A DNA stretch of 64,000 bases from Alphaproteobacteria bacterium (lineage in GTDB: Bacteria; Pseudomonadota; Alphaproteobacteria; MPNO01): the NCBI GenBank assembly GCA_965248835.1, contig CBDFLJ010000001.1:960001-1024000 (forward strand), read 5' to 3'. A model generated the notes under the pieces. That model saw nothing but the letters and a program-made list of their open reading frames with translations. It did not search any database and had not been told where the DNA came from. Below are positions 1 to 9,500 of the stretch, piece after piece. How positions within the stretch are numbered: the stretch's first letter is position 1; each line of letters begins with the position of its first letter. The position numbers were made by a program, and so were the translations under genes.

Positions 1-5
1 CCAAC

Positions 6-824
6 ATGCCGCGCGATTTCTTCGGCGGCACGCTGGTGGAGAGCAACCGAGGCATGATCCGCAACCCGATGGTCTACACCGCCGTCTACGGCGGCGAGAC
101 CGGCGCGGCCAAGCGGCTGGTCGTCATCGATACCGGGATGAAGGGCGGCTGGTCGCCCGGCGGCAAGCCGTATCAGGGCGTCGAGCACCCGCCCGAGATC
201 CTGGCCAAGATCGGCTTCGCGCCGGAGGATGTCGAGATCGTCATCCTCACCCATCTTCATTTCGACCACGCGGGCAATCTCGACCGGTTTCCCAACGCGC
301 GCTTTTATGTCCAGCGGTGCGAATATGACGGCTGGAAGCGGGTCTTCGCCATGCCCGAGATGGAGGGCGGACCGTCCTGGCCGATGTCCTCGATCAACCC
401 GGCGGATTTCGAGATCCTCGATGGGCTGATCGCCGAAGGACGGGTCGCGTTCATCGAAGGCGATGCGGCGATCGCCCCCGGTATCCGGGCACGGCTTGCC
501 GCGGACAGCCACACCTTCGGCTCGCAATGGATCGAGATCGAGACCGGCGGCGGGCCTTATGTCGTGGCCGGAGACTGCGTGTACTGGTACGCCAATATCG
601 AGCGCATGTGGCCGCCGGGCTACGTCCAGGGCAATAGCTGGAACCTGATCGCGGCCTATAGCCGCATCCGCGCGGCCCTCGGCGGCGACCTCGCGCGGAT
701 CGTGCCCGGCCACGACCCGCTGCTGTTCGAGCGCCATCGGAGCTGGGTCGACGGGCTGAACCCGACCGCGGAGGTCCACCTTGCCGCCGGCGAGGCTTCC
801 CGGATACGCGGAACCGGATGCTGA
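6..824 (+). CDS. MBL-fold metallo-hydrolase, N-acyl-homoserine lactonase (AiiA/AttM)-like family; probably 5'-truncated by the window edge
   Basis: IDTG, THLHFDHAG (HxHxDH), SHTFGSQ, VAGD and VPGHDP motifs. Confidence 0.85.
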   Translation: MPRDFFGGTLVESNRGMIRNPMVYTAVYGGETGAAKRLVVIDTGMKGGWSPGGKPYQGVEHPPEILAKIGFAPEDVEIVILTHLHFDHAGNLDRFPNARFYVQRCEYDGWKRVFAMPEMEGGPSWPMSSINPADFEILDGLIAEGRVAFIEGDAAIAPGIRARLAADSHTFGSQWIEIETGGGPYVVAGDCVYWYANIERMWPPGYVQGNSWNLIAAYSRIRAALGGDLARIVPGHDPLLFERHRSWVDGLNPTAEVHLAAGEASRIRGTGC

Positions 825-2407
825 GAGCCACCGATGCCGTGCGCGGCATCGTCACCGCGCCGCATGGCCTGGCGGCGAGCGCAGGGCTTTCGGTGCTGCG
901 CGAGGGCGGCAACGCGATCGAGGCGATGATCGCCGCCGCGGCAACGGTCGCGGTGGTCTATCCGCACATGAACGGGCTCGGCGGCGACGGGTTCTGGCTG
1001 ATCGCCGCCCCGGGCGTCGAACCGGTGGGGATCGACGCCTGCGGCGCCACCGGGCGCGGCGTCACGCCGGCGCTCTACGCCGGCGCGGCCGGGATCCCGG
1101 CACGCGGGCCGCTTGCGGCCAATACCGTCGCGGGCACGGTTTCCGGCTGGCAGGCGGCGCTTGCGCTGTCGATCGAATGGGGCGGGCGCATGCCGCTCGC
1201 CCGCCTGCTCGAGGACGCGGTCCACTACGCCGATGCCGGGTTCCCGGCAAGCGACAACCAGGCCCGCACCACCGCGCTCAAACGGGCCGAGCTGGAATCG
1301 GCCCCGGGGTTCGCGGAGACCTTCCTGATCGACGGCGCGCCGCCGGCGCCCGGCGCGCGGTTCCGCAACCCGGCGCTCGGCCGGACCCTGCAACGGCTTG
1401 CGGCCGACGGCCCCGACGACTTCTACCGCGGCGCACTCGCGCGCTCGATCGGCGCCGACCTCGCGGCGGCGGGGACGCCGCTGACCCAAGACGACCTCGC
1501 GGCCCATCGCGCCCGCCGGGTCGCCCCGCTCGCCCTGGCTCTGAACAGCGGCACCGTCTACAACATGCCGCCGCCGACCCAGGGCGTCGCCTCGCTGATG
1601 ATCCTGGGCCTGATCGACCGGCTGGGGATCGAAGACGCCGAGCCCGACGGGTTCGCGCATGTCCACGCGGTCATCGAAGCGACCAAGCAGGCGTTCCTGC
1701 TGCGCGATGCCCACCTGGCCGATCCCGAGACCATGGATGTCGATCCCGCGCGCTGGCTCGCGCCCCGGTTCCTGGATTCGCGGGCGCGCCGGATCGATCC
1801 CGAACGCGCCCTGGTGTGGCCGCAAGCCGCGCCCGGCGGCGATACGGTGTGGCTGGGCGCGATCGACGGCGCCGGACGGGCGGTGAGCTTCATCCAGAGC
1901 CTCTATTGGGAGTTCGGCTCCGGGGTGGTCCTGCCGGAGACCGGCCTGGTCTGGCAGAACCGCGGCTCCGGCATGCGTCTGGCCGAGACCGGCCCCAACC
2001 GGCTCGCCCCCGGGCGCCGGCCGTTCCATACGCTCAACCCGGCGCTCGCGCGGCTCGCCGACGGCGCGGTGATGGCCTATGGCAGCATGGGCGGGGAGGG
2101 CCAGCCGCAGACCCAGGCGGCGCTCCATTCCCGCATCGTCACCTTCGGTCAGGACTGCCAGACCGCGGTCAGCGCGCCGCGCTGGCTGCTCGGGCGGACC
2201 TGGGGCGAGGCGGCGACCTCGCTCAAGATCGAGCCCCGGTTCGATCCCGGGCTGCTCGATGCGCTGAAGGCCGCCGGCCACGACGTCGAGCCGGTCGCGC
2301 CCTACAGCGACCTCATGGGCCACGCCGGCGTCGTCATCCGCCGCCCCGACGGCCGGCTCGAAGGCGCGTCCGATCCGCGCGGCAACGGCACCGTGGCCGG
2401 CTTCTGA
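818..2407 (+). CDS. Gamma-glutamyltransferase-family Ntn hydrolase, HpxW (oxamate amidohydrolase)-like
   Basis: GGNAIEA, YPHMNGLGGDGFW, nucleophile motif GDTVW, QSLYWEFGSG, GSMGGEGQPQ, C-terminal SDPR; overlaps the upstream stop. Confidence 0.88.
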   Translation: MLRATDAVRGIVTAPHGLAASAGLSVLREGGNAIEAMIAAAATVAVVYPHMNGLGGDGFWLIAAPGVEPVGIDACGATGRGVTPALYAGAAGIPARGPLAANTVAGTVSGWQAALALSIEWGGRMPLARLLEDAVHYADAGFPASDNQARTTALKRAELESAPGFAETFLIDGAPPAPGARFRNPALGRTLQRLAADGPDDFYRGALARSIGADLAAAGTPLTQDDLAAHRARRVAPLALALNSGTVYNMPPPTQGVASLMILGLIDRLGIEDAEPDGFAHVHAVIEATKQAFLLRDAHLADPETMDVDPARWLAPRFLDSRARRIDPERALVWPQAAPGGDTVWLGAIDGAGRAVSFIQSLYWEFGSGVVLPETGLVWQNRGSGMRLAETGPNRLAPGRRPFHTLNPALARLADGAVMAYGSMGGEGQPQTQAALHSRIVTFGQDCQTAVSAPRWLLGRTWGEAATSLKIEPRFDPGLLDALKAAGHDVEPVAPYSDLMGHAGVVIRRPDGRLEGASDPRGNGTVAGF

Positions 2408-2419
2408 CGCGGTTTCCGT

Positions 2420-3607
2420 TCAGCGGGCGCCGGGGCGGGCCGGATCCCCGCTCGGCATGCCGAGGACGCGGCGGGCGATGATGTTGCGCATGATCTCCGA
2501 GGAGCCGCCATAGATCGTCGCGCGGCGGCATTGCAGCATCAGCGCGGCGACCCCGACCGGGCCTTCGGAGGTGTCGATGCGCTCGCCGAGCGCGGCCTCG
2601 CCGCCGGCCGCCTCGAAAACCAGGTCCACGACGCGCTGCAAGGTCTCGGTCGAGACGATCTTCATGACCGCGGCGTCGGGGCCGAAGTCGCGGCCGGCCC
2701 GGACCAGGCCAACCGCGTGGCTGTAGGTCGCGGCAAGGCCCGCGACGTCGAGTTCGACGGCGGCCAGCCGGTCGCCGAAGGCCGGGTCGTCGATCAGACC
2801 GTTGGCGCGGGCAAGCTTGCGGGCACGCTCGAGCGCGTCGTAGCACACCGCCGGGCTCGCGGTGCCCAGCCGCTCGTGGGCGAGCAGCGAGTTGGCGATC
2901 CGCCAGCCGTCGTTGATCTCGCCCACCAGGTTGGCGCGCGGCACCAGCACGTCGTCGAAGAACACCTCGGCGAACTCGTCATCGCCGGCGATCGTCTTGA
3001 TCGGACGGACGGTGATGCCGGGACTGGCGAGCTCGACTAGCAGGAAGCTGATTCCGGCCTGCTTGCGCGGCGCGTGCGGATCGGTGCGCACTAGCATGAA
3101 GATCCATTGGGAATGATGCGCCCAGGTGGTCCAGATTTTCTGGCCGTTGACCACGAAATGCGCGCCGTCCAGCGCGGCGCGGGTGGCCAGGCTCGCCAGG
3201 TCGGAGCCGGAATTGGGTTCCGAATAGCCTTGGCACCAGTTGACCTCGCCGGAGACGATCTTCGGCAGGTGCCGGCGCTTCTGCTCCTCGGTGCCGTAGC
3301 GCATCAGGATCGGACCGATATGGTTGAGCCCCTGGCCGGACAACTCCGGCGCGCCGGCGCGGGCCAGCTCCTCGCGCAGGATGATCTGCTGGTTGATGCT
3401 CGCTTCCATCCCGCCCCATTCGGCCGGCCAGTGCGGCGCGATCCAGCCGCGCCCGGCGAGCGTCTTGAACCACCACTGGGCGTCCTCGAATTCCGGGCGT
3501 GTCGACAGCCCGCGCAGCCGGTCGGGCAGCGCGTCTTCGAGCCACGCCCGGACTTCGAGCCGGAATGCGCGGTCGTCCTCGCTGTCGGTGGTAAAGCTGA
3601 TCGGCAT
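2420..3607 (-). CDS. Acyl-CoA dehydrogenase family protein
   Basis: WCQGYSEPNSGSDLASL, NGQKIWT, TIYGGSSEIMRNII. Confidence 0.92.
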   Translation of the reverse strand: MPISFTTDSEDDRAFRLEVRAWLEDALPDRLRGLSTRPEFEDAQWWFKTLAGRGWIAPHWPAEWGGMEASINQQIILREELARAGAPELSGQGLNHIGPILMRYGTEEQKRRHLPKIVSGEVNWCQGYSEPNSGSDLASLATRAALDGAHFVVNGQKIWTTWAHHSQWIFMLVRTDPHAPRKQAGISFLLVELASPGITVRPIKTIAGDDEFAEVFFDDVLVPRANLVGEINDGWRIANSLLAHERLGTASPAVCYDALERARKLARANGLIDDPAFGDRLAAVELDVAGLAATYSHAVGLVRAGRDFGPDAAVMKIVSTETLQRVVDLVFEAAGGEAALGERIDTSEGPVGVAALMLQCRRATIYGGSSEIMRNIIARRVLGMPSGDPARPGAR

Positions 3608-3696
3608 CGGACCTCCGCGGACAGTCTAGCGCGGCCGGGGGCCGGCGCGAAACCGGACGATATGGCCGCCGCGTTCCGGACCGCGCCGATGCCCGG

Positions 3697-4683
3697 TCAG
3701 TTGATGCGGAATTCCTCGGGCAGGAACATCATCGAGTCCTGATCCTCGGCCACCGAGATATGGCATTCGTGGCAGAACTTCACGTTGGCGTGGCCCTTGC
3801 CGTTGGTGGTGCCGACCACCGCACCGTCGGGCATGATCAGGGCATAGCGCCAGTCGCCGCTGGCCGCATGGAAGCCGGCCTTCATCTTTTCCATCAGGAA
3901 CAGCGGCCCGGCCGCGGCGGCGCCCTGCGGCGTGACGGTGAAGCTGTCCTTGGCGAGCACCCCGCCAACCGACATCTTCCCGGCCTTCTCGTATGCGCGG
4001 TAGGTCGGCCGGGCGATGGCGTTGGCATAGTTGTTGACGAACCAGCCGCCATGGGTGGCGGATGCGTAGGGCCGGTTGTTGTGGATCGGCCATTTCACGA
4101 ACTGGCCGGCAACGCGGTTTCCGGCCTTCGCGTAGCCGGCCTGCATCTCCGCCAACAGGCAGTGGTAGACCGCGATCGCCTCTTCCTTGGTCAGCGCGAC
4201 ATCGGCGGCCGCGGCGCAGGGGTTGCAAGGATTGCACGGGTTGCGCGCGGCGCACGGGTTGCAGGGGTTGGGTTTGGCCGCGCAGGGATTGCACGGGTTT
4301 CTCGCCGCACACGGGTTGCAGGGGTTGCGCTTGACCGCGCAGGGATTGCATGGGTTCGCCGCGGCGCGCTGCAGCCGCGGCACAACGCAATTGGAGCTTG
4401 CCGCACTCGCGGCCGCGCACGGGTTGCAGGGATTGCACGGCTTCCGAGCGGCGCAGGGATTGCACGGGTTCCGAGCAGCGCAGGGATTGCACGGGTTCCG
4501 GGCGGCGCAGGGATTGCAGGGGTTGCGCGCGGCGCACGGGTTCTTCGCCGCACAGGGATTGGCGGCAACCTGCTTGGGGCCGGCGAAGACCGGGCCGGCG
4601 GATGCGCCCGTGCTCAGAACGCCGGCCGCCAGAAACACCGGGACGACCGTGCTGGACAGCAATCGGGATTTGAGCGGTTTCAT
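3697..4683 (-). CDS. Secreted cytochrome P460-family protein with N-terminal Cys-rich NPC repeats
   Basis: ATG at 4683 with GGAGGA RBS; signal-peptide-like N-terminus; C-terminal domain with VLAKDS, LFLMEK, GDWRYA and C-terminal CxxCH (FCHECH). Confidence 0.78.
   Translation of the reverse strand: MKPLKSRLLSSTVVPVFLAAGVLSTGASAGPVFAGPKQVAANPCAAKNPCAARNPCNPCAARNPCNPCAARNPCNPCAARKPCNPCNPCAAASAASSNCVVPRLQRAAANPCNPCAVKRNPCNPCAARNPCNPCAAKPNPCNPCAARNPCNPCNPCAAAADVALTKEEAIAVYHCLLAEMQAGYAKAGNRVAGQFVKWPIHNNRPYASATHGGWFVNNYANAIARPTYRAYEKAGKMSVGGVLAKDSFTVTPQGAAAAGPLFLMEKMKAGFHAASGDWRYALIMPDGAVVGTTNGKGHANVKFCHECHISVAEDQDSMMFLPEEFRIN
4216..4560 (-). repeat. Two intragenic repeat blocks (4417-4560 and 4216-4356) encoding [12 protein letters not shown] units (about 27-bp unit)
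   Basis: Counted directly: 10 NPC + 1 KPC in block 1 and 11 NPC in block 2. Confidence 0.95.
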
Positions 4684-4800
4684 CGGTCCTCCCTGGGCAT
4701 GGCCTGATCTGCGGAAGACCGCGCCGGCGGGCGGTTTCACCGCAGCTCAGAGTACCGTCGCAGCCGGCAGGCCGCGCATAACAAACGAGTCACGTTTGCG

Positions 4801-5658
4801 TTACCCGCCGGCCTCGACACGCCTGAGAAAGGCGAGCGTGACCTCGTTGAACGCCTCGGCCTTCTCGATATTCGGGCAGTGGCCGCAGGACTCCAAGACG
4901 ACCGCCTCGGCATCGGGGATCCGCTCGGCGAGCGCCGGCGCATAGCCCGGCTCGCGCAGCTTGTCCTCGGCACCGGCGACGATCAGGGTCGGCACCGCGA
5001 TGTCCTCATAGGGGGTGCTGTCGGGCGTGCCGAACCCGGAACCGCCGGCCCGGTCGGCCGCCGGCGAGCGGAACCGCGGCGCGGACTGGCATTCCCAGGC
5101 GCCCTTCATGGTCGCGAACGCCTGGCGCCGGGCGATATAGGCTTCATCATCGCCCCATTTCGGGTCGTGCAGCATCGCCTTGACCAGGGCGCTCATGGCC
5201 TGTTGCGTGCCGTCATAGGCCAACAGCACCTTGCGTTCGTCGGTCTCGGGCGTGAAGCCGCCGCCGCTGCACAGCACTGCCGAGCGCGCCGGGAAGATCA
5301 CCGGCCGCTCGGCGAGGATCCGGGCCAGGTTGCTGCCGCCCATCGAGTTGCCGATGAAGTGGGCCTCGGCGATCCCCATCACCGCGAGGAAACGCCGCAT
5401 GTGGCCGAAGACGCGGGCCCGGGCGTCGCCGAAATCGAACAGCTTGTCGGTCCGCCCGAAGCCCAGCCAATCCGGGGCGAGGACCCGGAATTCCGGCGCC
5501 AGCGCCGGGATGGTGTATTCCCAGCTTATCTCCGCGCAGCCGCCATATTCGCCCGAATGCAGCAGCACCACCGTCGGGCCGGCGCCGGCCTCCAGGTAGT
5601 GGGTGCGGATGTCGTCGACATCGACGAAGTTGCTGGCGATCTCCGTCATCGCGCTCAC
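4801..5658 (-). CDS. Alpha/beta hydrolase (meta-cleavage C-C hydrolase-like)
   Basis: LLHSG, APDWLGFG, GNSMGG nucleophile elbow, CGHCPNIE. Confidence 0.88.
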   Translation of the reverse strand: MSAMTEIASNFVDVDDIRTHYLEAGAGPTVVLLHSGEYGGCAEISWEYTIPALAPEFRVLAPDWLGFGRTDKLFDFGDARARVFGHMRRFLAVMGIAEAHFIGNSMGGSNLARILAERPVIFPARSAVLCSGGGFTPETDERKVLLAYDGTQQAMSALVKAMLHDPKWGDDEAYIARRQAFATMKGAWECQSAPRFRSPAADRAGGSGFGTPDSTPYEDIAVPTLIVAGAEDKLREPGYAPALAERIPDAEAVVLESCGHCPNIEKAEAFNEVTLAFLRRVEAGG

Positions 5659-6884
5659 CGCACGAATTCGACGCCGAACGTGCCGAGATTGACTTCGTCA
5701 TGCACGGGGACCGCCTTGCTCCGCTCCCACAGCTCGGCCGGGTCGGCGGTCGCGGTCAATTCGCGCAGCCGCGGATAGACCTCCTGGGTGTAAAGCCGCA
5801 TGGATTTGAGCGCGTCCGCGTCGGACAGAAACCCCGCCTGGCCCATGATCAGCATGTGGCCGAAGCCACCGGAATATTCCCAGAAGGCCTTGATCTGCTC
5901 GTAGACCTGATCGGGGGTGCCGGCGAAGACGTTGCCGCGCGCCATCTGCTGGTCGAGCTTGGGGTTCAGCGGCACACCCGAGCCGCCGGCGCCGCGCATG
6001 ACCATGGCGGAGACCTGCGGCGGGTGATAGCCTGGAGGGTTGCTCCATTCCGGCGGGACCTTGTTCGATTCCATGTACCACAAGAGCTTGCGGGCGCCTT
6101 CTTCGGCAGCGCGCTCGTTCTCGCCGACATAGCACAGCCCGAGATAGGCCAGCCGGTCGAGCGGTGGAAGCTCGCCGTGGGCATCCAGATAGGCTTGGCG
6201 ATAGCCGTCATAGATCCCGCGGATCTTGGGATAGCCGGCCAGGAACACGGCGCCGACATGTTTGTGCTGGGCGACCGGCACGGCGGTGCCGGCGCTGCCC
6301 ATGGTCACCCAGACCGGCGGATGGGGCTGCTGGTAGGGCCTGGGCCAGATATTGACCTGGCGGTGGTGGAACCACTTGCCCTCGAAATTGAACGGCCCGT
6401 CATGGGTGGTCCAGGCCTTGAGGATCAGGTCGTGGGCCTCCCACAGCCGCTCGGTGCCCTTGTAGGGCAGGATGTTGGCCGCGGCCGACTCATAGGGCAC
6501 GGCGCGGACGAACCCGCATTCGACCCGACCCTTGGAGATCACGTCGACCAGCGCCATCTCCTCGGCCACGCGGACCGGCTGATTGCGGTTGGGCAGCGGG
6601 TTGCCGAGGATCAGAATCCGCGCGGTCTTGGTCTGGCGGGCGAGGATGCCCATCATGATGGGCGCCGCCGGCACCATGCAGGTCGCGGTCTGGTGATGCT
6701 CGTTGAGCATGATCTCCAGCCCGATGTCCTCGCACGCACACCACAGATCGAGATAGCGGTTGTAGAGCACATGCGCCGTCTCGGGATCGCAATGGATGTT
6801 GGGCAGATCGACCCGGATCGACCGGTATGTGTCCGCATCCGGCAGGTCGGGGTAGCAGTCCTCGGTGAACCACCAGCTTTTCAT
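5655..6884 (-). CDS. LLM-class (luciferase-like) flavin-dependent oxidoreductase
   Basis: NEHH, PVRVAEEMALVDVISKGR, NIWPRPYQQPHPPVW, GTPDQV. Confidence 0.92.
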   Translation of the reverse strand: MKSWWFTEDCYPDLPDADTYRSIRVDLPNIHCDPETAHVLYNRYLDLWCACEDIGLEIMLNEHHQTATCMVPAAPIMMGILARQTKTARILILGNPLPNRNQPVRVAEEMALVDVISKGRVECGFVRAVPYESAAANILPYKGTERLWEAHDLILKAWTTHDGPFNFEGKWFHHRQVNIWPRPYQQPHPPVWVTMGSAGTAVPVAQHKHVGAVFLAGYPKIRGIYDGYRQAYLDAHGELPPLDRLAYLGLCYVGENERAAEEGARKLLWYMESNKVPPEWSNPPGYHPPQVSAMVMRGAGGSGVPLNPKLDQQMARGNVFAGTPDQVYEQIKAFWEYSGGFGHMLIMGQAGFLSDADALKSMRLYTQEVYPRLRELTATADPAELWERSKAVPVHDEVNLGTFGVEFVR

Positions 6885-6899
6885 CGCCGATCTCCTGTC

Positions 6900-7676
6900 C
6901 TAATTCGCGAGCTCGAATACGGCGTCGACGAATGCATCGGGCTGCTCCATCTGCGGCGCATGGCCGGCCGCTTCGATCACGGTCATGGTCGCACCCCGGA
7001 TCATCGTGCAGAATTTGCGGCCGTAGTCGACGGTCACGATCCCGTCCGAGGCGCCCCAGATGAAGTGCGTCGGGACCCGGACCCGGTGCAGCCGGTGCGG
7101 CAGCTTCGGGTTGTGCATGTAAGGCTCCCAGGTATAGACGCCAAGCGCCACGCGGTTGCCGGCCATGACCTGGAGTTGCTCATCGGGGATATCGGTCGGG
7201 TGCGGGGCCATCGAGGGGTCGTGGTACGCCAGCTCCGCCAACCTCTCGTGGGGCAGTGCGAACACGTCGGCGATGTCGCGGTCCTCGCGCCCGCCGACCT
7301 TGACGCCGACGGAATCCACCAGGATCAGCCGCGCAAGCCGGACATCGTTCATCGTCGCCATTTCGGCTGCCGTCCAGCCGCCCATGGAAAACCCCATCAG
7401 CACCGCATCCCTGAGGTCGAGCGCATCCATGAGGTCGAGATAGAGGAACACCAGATCGTCGATCCGGTTGAAATGCTCCGGGATCCTGGTGCCGGCGAAG
7501 CCCGGGTGGACGGGCGCGATGACGTCGAAGGATCCGGCCAGCCGGTCGGCGAACGGCATCGCGGCCACGGGTCCAGCGCCGCCGTGCAGCATCAGCATCG
7601 GCGCGCCGCTGCCCTTGCGGACATAGGGCACCTCGATCCCTTGCAGGGTGATCGTGTTGGTCTCGCCTTCTGGCAC
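6900..7676 (-). CDS. Alpha/beta hydrolase
   Basis: LHGGAG, HPGF, GFSMGGW, AGHAPQME; GTG start with GAGGGG RBS. Confidence 0.88.
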   Translation of the reverse strand: MPEGETNTITLQGIEVPYVRKGSGAPMLMLHGGAGPVAAMPFADRLAGSFDVIAPVHPGFAGTRIPEHFNRIDDLVFLYLDLMDALDLRDAVLMGFSMGGWTAAEMATMNDVRLARLILVDSVGVKVGGREDRDIADVFALPHERLAELAYHDPSMAPHPTDIPDEQLQVMAGNRVALGVYTWEPYMHNPKLPHRLHRVRVPTHFIWGASDGIVTVDYGRKFCTMIRGATMTVIEAAGHAPQMEQPDAFVDAVFELAN

Positions 7677-7729
7677 GCTTTCCCCTCGGTTTCCTCTGCG
7701 CCGCCGGATTCCCCCGGCGCCGGGTGTTT

Positions 7730-7743
7730 GTTAGCTAGCTAAC
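7730..7743. promoter_or_regulatory. Perfect 14-bp palindrome GTTAGCTAGCTAAC, putative repressor operator
   Basis: AT-rich perfect dyad about 55 bp upstream of the hydrolase-LLM-hydrolase operon. Confidence 0.55.
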
Positions 7744-7810
7744 CGGTTCTACCGCGCCGTCGGCGCCATTGGCAACACAACCCGGCGCGGCGCGGCACCG
7801 GCAACATGCC

Positions 7811-9346
7811 CTAGCCGCCGTCGTCGGCAAGATAGGCCGCGCGCAGCTTGGGCTTCTGAACCTTTCCGGTCGGAGTCTTGGGGATTTCCGCGGTCATGCG
7901 GATCTCGCGCGGGCATTTGAACCTGGCCAGCCGCTCGCCGCAGAAGGCGGCCAGGGCCGCATCGTCGGGCGCCTGGCCGGAAGCGGGCACGACGTAGGCG
8001 ACCAGTGCCTCGCCCCATTTCTCGTCCGGCACGCCGATGACGGTGCATTCTCCCACCGCCTCGTGCTGCTCGAGCACGATTTCGAGCTCGCGCGGATAGA
8101 CGTTGATCCCGCCGGTGACGATCATGTCCTTGGACCGGCCGGCGAGCGAGACGTAGCCGTCCTCGTCGAGGATGCCGAGATCGCCGGTCCAGCCCGCCCG
8201 ATCGCCGCCGCGGAAATAGAGCGCGGTCTCTTCCGGGTTCTCGAAATAGCCCTCGAAGAGGAAGTCGCCGCGGACCACGATCTCGCCGATCTCCCCGGGC
8301 GCGACCGGGTTGCCGTCGGGATCGAGCACCCGCATGTCCACGCCGACCGCCGGGCGGCCGACCGAGGCGAACTTCTCCGGCGGATCCCATGGCTTGAGGA
8401 ACGCAAGCGGTCCGGTCTCGGACTGGCCGTAGTGATCGACGATGCGCACGCCAGGCAGCGCCGCCTTGCAGCGCGCAATCAGCCAGGCTTGGACATCCGC
8501 CCCGCCGGCGCCGATCTTCTTGAGGCTCGCGAGCTTGCCGGCATCGAACGTGCCGTCCTCGAAGACGCCGCGAAGCTGGACCGGCACCGTCATCACCGCG
8601 CTCACCCGGTGCCGGGCGACCGCTTCGACGAACCCCTTGGCATCCCAGCGCCGCATCAGCACAACCGTGCAGCCGCACAGGATCGCGGCCTGGAACCAGA
8701 TATAGAGCCCGACCGCGTGGTAGAGCGGGGTGACCGTGGCGACCACGTCCTCGGCGGTCAGCTCGTGCTCGATCGCCGTGGTATAGGCCGAGATGTGGCG
8801 CGCCCGGTGGCTGACCACCGCGCCCTTGGGCTGGCCGGTGGTGCCGCCGGTGAACGTCATCCCCACCGGCTCGGTCTCGGCGAGCCGTGCCGCCGGCGGC
8901 TGCACACCGCCGCCGGCCAGGAAGTCCTCGAACCGGACCGCGGCGAGCCCGCCCGGCGCACCGATCGCGATCACCGTCTCAAGGCCGGACATTCGCTGGC
9001 GCACCGCGGCGATCTTGTCGCAGCTTTCGCTGTCGATCACCAGCACCGGCGCCCGCGTCCGGTCGATGATGTTCACCACCTCCTCGGCCGCATACATGAT
9101 CGACAGGTTGACCAGCACGCAGCCCAACCGTGCGGCGCCGAAATGGACGACCGCATATTCGGCGATATTGGGGCACATCACCGCCACCCGGTCGCCCTTG
9201 GCCAAGCCGAGCCCGGCGAGCGCGTTGGCGAACCGGTTGGCCTGCGCATCCAGGTGGCCGTACGACCACGCCCGCTCGCCGCAGATCAGCGCGGTCTTGG
9301 CCGGGTGGCGCCGGGCGGACAGGTGCAGGATGTCGCCGGTGAGCAT
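7811..9346 (-). CDS. AMP-binding acyl-CoA synthetase (fatty-acid/aryl CoA ligase)
   Basis: FTGGTTGQPKG, YGQSETG, TGDLG, GRSKDMIVTGGINVYP, PKTPTGKVQK; probable start at MLTGD. Confidence 0.92.
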   Translation of the reverse strand: MLTGDILHLSARRHPAKTALICGERAWSYGHLDAQANRFANALAGLGLAKGDRVAVMCPNIAEYAVVHFGAARLGCVLVNLSIMYAAEEVVNIIDRTRAPVLVIDSESCDKIAAVRQRMSGLETVIAIGAPGGLAAVRFEDFLAGGGVQPPAARLAETEPVGMTFTGGTTGQPKGAVVSHRARHISAYTTAIEHELTAEDVVATVTPLYHAVGLYIWFQAAILCGCTVVLMRRWDAKGFVEAVARHRVSAVMTVPVQLRGVFEDGTFDAGKLASLKKIGAGGADVQAWLIARCKAALPGVRIVDHYGQSETGPLAFLKPWDPPEKFASVGRPAVGVDMRVLDPDGNPVAPGEIGEIVVRGDFLFEGYFENPEETALYFRGGDRAGWTGDLGILDEDGYVSLAGRSKDMIVTGGINVYPRELEIVLEQHEAVGECTVIGVPDEKWGEALVAYVVPASGQAPDDAALAAFCGERLARFKCPREIRMTAEIPKTPTGKVQKPKLRAAYLADDGG

Positions 9347-9392
9347 TGCCTGGTTCCGTGACTCGATCAGGGAACGCCAATCCAACCGCAGC

Positions 9393-9430
9393 CGGCCCGG
9401 CGAATCAACGGCCCGGCGAATCAACGGCCC
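9393..9430. repeat. 16-bp direct tandem repeat CGGCCCGGCGAATCAA x2.4 in a divergent promoter region
   Basis: Read directly. Confidence 0.8.
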
Positions 9431-9500
9431 CGATGCGCGACCGCTTTGCCTCCGGGCGCAGTTCGTCGTATAGAATTGATCAACCGCAGAGGTGGCCGCC

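Noticed and set aside
4216-4560. Repeat array considered as a possible CRISPR
   Set aside because: Units are contiguous multiples of 3 with synonymous variation and no unique spacers; no cas genes. No CRISPR array was seen anywhere in the window
4187-4945. Plus-strand ORF with QGLHGFRAA repeats, and other repeat ORFs in alternative frames
   Set aside because: Antisense or shifted shadows of the NPC repeats; the minus-strand frame has the RBS, signal peptide and CxxCH
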